Below, one piece after another: positions 60,956 through 64,000 of a stretch of DNA of 64,000 bases (position 1 is the stretch's first letter; each line of letters begins with the position of its first letter). Position numbers and translations under genes: made by a program. The stretch comes from an uncultured Chloroflexia bacterium (lineage in GTDB: Bacteria; Chloroflexota; Limnocylindria; Limnocylindrales; CSP1-4): assembly GCA_963763775.1 (NCBI GenBank), contig CAVXPZ010000003.1:768001-832000 (forward strand), given 5' to 3'. The notes below the pieces were generated by a model, which did not search any database, was not told the origin of the DNA, and saw only the letters and a list, made by a program, of their open reading frames with translations.

Positions 60956-62179
60956 CTACGACGCCGGTGGCGTCGGCAGCGCGTCGAGGAACCGGACGCT
61001 GTCGAGGACGGACCGGTCGGTGAGGTTCTGGCCGCTCTCGGTCACGGCGCCCTCGAAGACGAGCGTGTGACCGTTCACCTCGGTGATGACGATCGGCCAT
61101 GCGTCGCCCCCGATGTCGCTCGCCCACTTCCAGCCTGGGTCGGCATGCTGGGTCCATTGGAGGACCAGGTTGGTCTCGCCGTTGTCGGGATTGGTCCAGC
61201 AAGGCTTCGGGACGACCTTGCCGGCGATGTCCACGATGACGGCCCGGTGGCCGTCGACCGTGGTCTCGCGCTCGTTCGTCAGATCCAACCCGGATGACGG
61301 ACTGCGGAGGAACGCGACGAACGGGTCGATGCCGCGCTCGAGGACCTTGGTCCCCTTCTTGTCATCGCAGAAGTCGTTGAACCCATCCGGGTCTTGCCAA
61401 GCCTTGAACGTGGCGTCGCCCGATGGGGTGTCGGCGGTGATGACCCCGTTGCCACCCCCGCCGAGCCACACGCCCGACGGCAGCGTGAAGGAGAAGAAGG
61501 GATCGAACCCTGCAGCGACGAGCGGCCCGCCGTGGCTGTCGTGGCTCCCGGAACGGATCCACGTCCCCGGGACCATCGCGGCGCGGATCTTGCAGGGATC
61601 GTCGACGGGATCCAGGGTCAGCCAGACCCCATCGGTCGAGATGGACCAACGGTAGTGGGCGACATCGCCGGTGTGGCAGCCGCCGATCGCCCCGGTCGAG
61701 GTGAGCTCGATGACACCAGGGCTCGTCTCGCGCACGCGGGCGGGCGCGGTCCCGCTGATCGCGAAATCAGGCGCTTTCGGATCGCCATTGAGCGCTCCGA
61801 ACTGGAGCACCGACGCCGGGCCTTGGGCGATCGGGGAGTCGCGCAGGGGCGCCAGCCACCCCCCGACGAGGTCGCTCGGCAGGGGCTGCGGACTCGGACT
61901 CGGAGTTGCGGTGGGCGCGCCGACGCTCTGACTCGATCGACTGAAGAGGAACGCGCCGCCGAGGATCGCCACGATCGCGATCGCGACGATGGCGAGGGCC
62001 GGCCGGCTCGAGATGGCAGGCATGGTTGAGAACCACCTTCCTGGGGTCGCCCAGGCAGGCCGCTGACGCGAACGGGCGGTCTGCCCGAGGATGTCGATGA
62101 AGTAGTCGGGGGTGGGCTCGTCGGCCAGGTCCGCCAGGGCGATCGGCAGATCTCGTTCGAATCGATCGATCGGGGTCAT
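60956..62179 (-). CDS. Anti-sigma-like membrane protein 4 with non-propeller, Cys-containing ectodomain
   Basis: MTPIDRFERDLP..RQRPAW..GRW, TM, then a domain lacking PD40 repeats. Confidence 0.78.
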   Translation of the reverse strand: MTPIDRFERDLPIALADLADEPTPDYFIDILGQTARSRQRPAWATPGRWFSTMPAISSRPALAIVAIAIVAILGGAFLFSRSSQSVGAPTATPSPSPQPLPSDLVGGWLAPLRDSPIAQGPASVLQFGALNGDPKAPDFAISGTAPARVRETSPGVIELTSTGAIGGCHTGDVAHYRWSISTDGVWLTLDPVDDPCKIRAAMVPGTWIRSGSHDSHGGPLVAAGFDPFFSFTLPSGVWLGGGGNGVITADTPSGDATFKAWQDPDGFNDFCDDKKGTKVLERGIDPFVAFLRSPSSGLDLTNERETTVDGHRAVIVDIAGKVVPKPCWTNPDNGETNLVLQWTQHADPGWKWASDIGGDAWPIVITEVNGHTLVFEGAVTESGQNLTDRSVLDSVRFLDALPTPPAS

Positions 62180-62739
62180 GCCAGCCGTCCTTCCGTGACC
62201 AGGTTCGACTCGGTCGCGGGACCGACGCCGACCGTGCTGCGAAGCACGCCGATCGATCGGTGCAATCGCGACTTCGCGGTGCCCAAGGGGATCCCGAGGG
62301 TGCCCGCCACCTCCGGCAGCGGCATCCCCAGGTAGTAGTGCAGGACGACGACCGCTCGCCATTCGGGCTCCAAGGCCCGGAGGCCGCGGTCGAGGAGTTC
62401 TCGGTCGATGATCTGCGACGAGGCATCGGCGACGCTCGGCTGGTCGAGGACGGTCAGTTCCACCTCGATGGGTCGGCGCCGGCGATGCCTCGCAGCATCG
62501 ATGCAGGCGTGGACGGTGAGCCGATGCAACCACGCGTCGAACTTCTCGGGATCACGAAGCCCCGGAAGGTCTCGCCAGGCTCGCATCATCGCGTCCTGGA
62601 CCGCGTCCCGTGCGAGTTCGCGGTCCCGGAGGATGAGGCGTGCGGCCGCGTCCAGGCGCACGATGGCCGCGCCGGCCAGCACGGCGAAGGCGTCGTGATC
62701 GCCTCCCCGCGCTCGCTCGACGAGGTCTCGCTGGTCCAC
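62176..62739 (-). CDS. ECF sigma factor 4
   Basis: ARDAVQDAMMRAW; GIPLGTAKSRLHR; GTG start at 62739 by homology. Confidence 0.93.
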   Translation of the reverse strand: MDQRDLVERARGGDHDAFAVLAGAAIVRLDAAARLILRDRELARDAVQDAMMRAWRDLPGLRDPEKFDAWLHRLTVHACIDAARHRRRRPIEVELTVLDQPSVADASSQIIDRELLDRGLRALEPEWRAVVVLHYYLGMPLPEVAGTLGIPLGTAKSRLHRSIGVLRSTVGVGPATESNLVTEGRLA

Positions 62740-62791
62740 GGTCGCCTCGGCTGTTGTGGGCGGCGCCACCAGGGTGGTTGCGCTCACAGGG

Positions 62792-62819
62792 TATGGCGAC
62801 CGCGTTTGGTGAATCGTTC
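62792..62819 (-). promoter_or_regulatory. ECF-type promoter GAAC-N17-CGCCATA
   Basis: Shared motif. Confidence 0.75.
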
Positions 62820-62860
62820 CCGGGGTGCGCGAACAGCCCCGCGGTGCCGTAGCGGCTCCG

Positions 62861-62982
62861 ACGTTCCTGCCAGTACCCGTTTCGCGATGAACGCCTCGTG
62901 GTCGAGCGCCAAAACGACGGGACGGCGCCGATCCAGTCGCGGACCACGCTCAGATCTTGAGATCCCGGTACTGACAGGAACG
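62861..62982. repeat. 122-bp imperfect palindromic element, copy D
   Basis: Terminal IR gttcctgccagtacc/ggtactgacaggaac (14/15); inner cgtggtc/gaccacg. Confidence 0.82.
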
Positions 62983-63111
62983 GGGCCCGCCGCCGGGGGC
63001 ACGGACACGGGCCGAACCCGCGCGGTGGACAGCAAGCGGCCGGTCACGTAGCTGCGTGACCGGCCGCCCTGGAGGAAGAAGCGCGTCGGGTTCGCCGCGC
63101 CGCGGCGAGGG

Positions 63112-64000
63112 TTACTTGAAGACCATCGACGAGACGATCGGCAGCGAGTCCTGGGCCAGCACGTGGAACCGGCTCGGATCGGTCGAGTCGGCGTAGGCCA
63201 CGGCGAGGTCACCCCCGCCGATGTCGATCACCACGACCCGCATCTGTTCCTTGCCGGCGATCCCCCAGGTCGCCGCGGGGTCCGCGTCCTCCGCGGCAAG
63301 GAAGACCGAGGCCGGCTGGGGTTTCGGGTCGTCCTTGCAGCCCTGCTTCCAGCCGGGAGCGAGGCTGACATCGACCATCTGGGCCGGATGGCCACTGACG
63401 GTGATCGGTTTCGGCTGGGTCACCTGAAGGCTCGGCTGCGAGCGGATCCAGTCGATGTAGCCCTGCACCGTGTGATCGACGGAGGTGGCCGGCATCCTGG
63501 CGCAGTCCGCGTTGACCTGGTTCAGGACTGGCCGCGCCAATACCACGAGCTCCTCGAACTCCCCATTCGACAGTCCTTGGGCGCCGGCGCGCGCATAGTC
63601 CGAGGACGGCATGAGCACCAATTCGTTCGGCCAATCGCCGGAGTTGGCCCAGCCGTCCGGGACCGTGTAGGTGACGCCGCCATAGACCGGGTGCCACGAG
63701 GACCCCTTCAGCCGAGGATCGATGAACTGCGACGCGTAGGTCCCCGCCGCGAGGTCGCCCAGGCAGTTGTCCGTGGGATCCTTGCAAGCGGACTTGTGCC
63801 AGTCGCCGGCGATCCCGGCCACGCGCTTTGGACACGGGTCGTCGACGACGGTCAGGGTCAGGACGTTGCCCGCGATCGTCCAGGCGTAGTCGCCGGTGGA
63901 TCCGTCGGTGCAGCCGGCGCGGGCGGTCGAGCCGGTGACCAGGTGCAGTCGGCCCTCGCTCGGGCTCGATGCGCGAACGCTGAGCGCCGGAAGGCTCTGT
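63112..64000 (-). CDS. 3' part of a probable fifth anti-sigma-like protein (ectodomain related to protein 4)
   Basis: GC..Y.W.I..LTL..VDDPC..R..G.W, Y/FTxPxGW, TVxGHxA..VD, S..F shared with protein 4; runs off window. Confidence 0.7.
   Translation of the reverse strand, partial: QSLPALSVRASSPSEGRLHLVTGSTARAGCTDGSTGDYAWTIAGNVLTLTVVDDPCPKRVAGIAGDWHKSACKDPTDNCLGDLAAGTYASQFIDPRLKGSSWHPVYGGVTYTVPDGWANSGDWPNELVLMPSSDYARAGAQGLSNGEFEELVVLARPVLNQVNADCARMPATSVDHTVQGYIDWIRSQPSLQVTQPKPITVSGHPAQMVDVSLAPGWKQGCKDDPKPQPASVFLAAEDADPAATWGIAGKEQMRVVVIDIGGGDLAVAYADSTDPSRFHVLAQDSLPIVSSMVFK

Noticed and set aside
54406-62982. Repeats as a CRISPR array or canonical integron attC sites
   Set aside because: Units are ~123 bp separated by kilobases of genes; no cas or intI genes; no GTTRRRY/RYYYAAC core sites.

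Overview
Very GC-rich bacterial chromosomal segment. Gene content (b6-type Rieske/cytb operon, PspC/LiaF-like cluster, LCP, LPxTD-tailed surface protein, many leaderless genes) suggests a monoderm, probably Chloroflexota of the Limnocylindria/Ellin6529 type; this is inference only. About 20 small frameshifts break otherwise intact genes, most likely long-read assembly errors. 1-54 kb is mostly core metabolism: HD hydrolase, WYL regulator, tandem DUF62 SAM hydrolases plus an ECF transporter, an HTH-GAF-GGDEF cyclase, thiN, bcp, a Rieske/cytb operon led by a GltD/NfnB-like flavoprotein, tRNA-Lys, amtB-gltB-TCS-ppc, alkA, drrAB, MFS, tRNA-fMet and LCP. The most striking feature is 54.4-64 kb: a tandem array of four complete ECF sigma / membrane anti-sigma-like cassettes plus a probable fifth running off the window. 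The cassettes share a GAAC-N17/18-CGCCATA promoter and a conserved internal SD+ATG in the anti-sigma, and are punctuated by a fixed-length ~123-bp imperfect palindrome. Other candidates: CCUCCUCCC-loop and C-loop small RNAs, and ATGA-coupled micro-ORFs in the bc operon.
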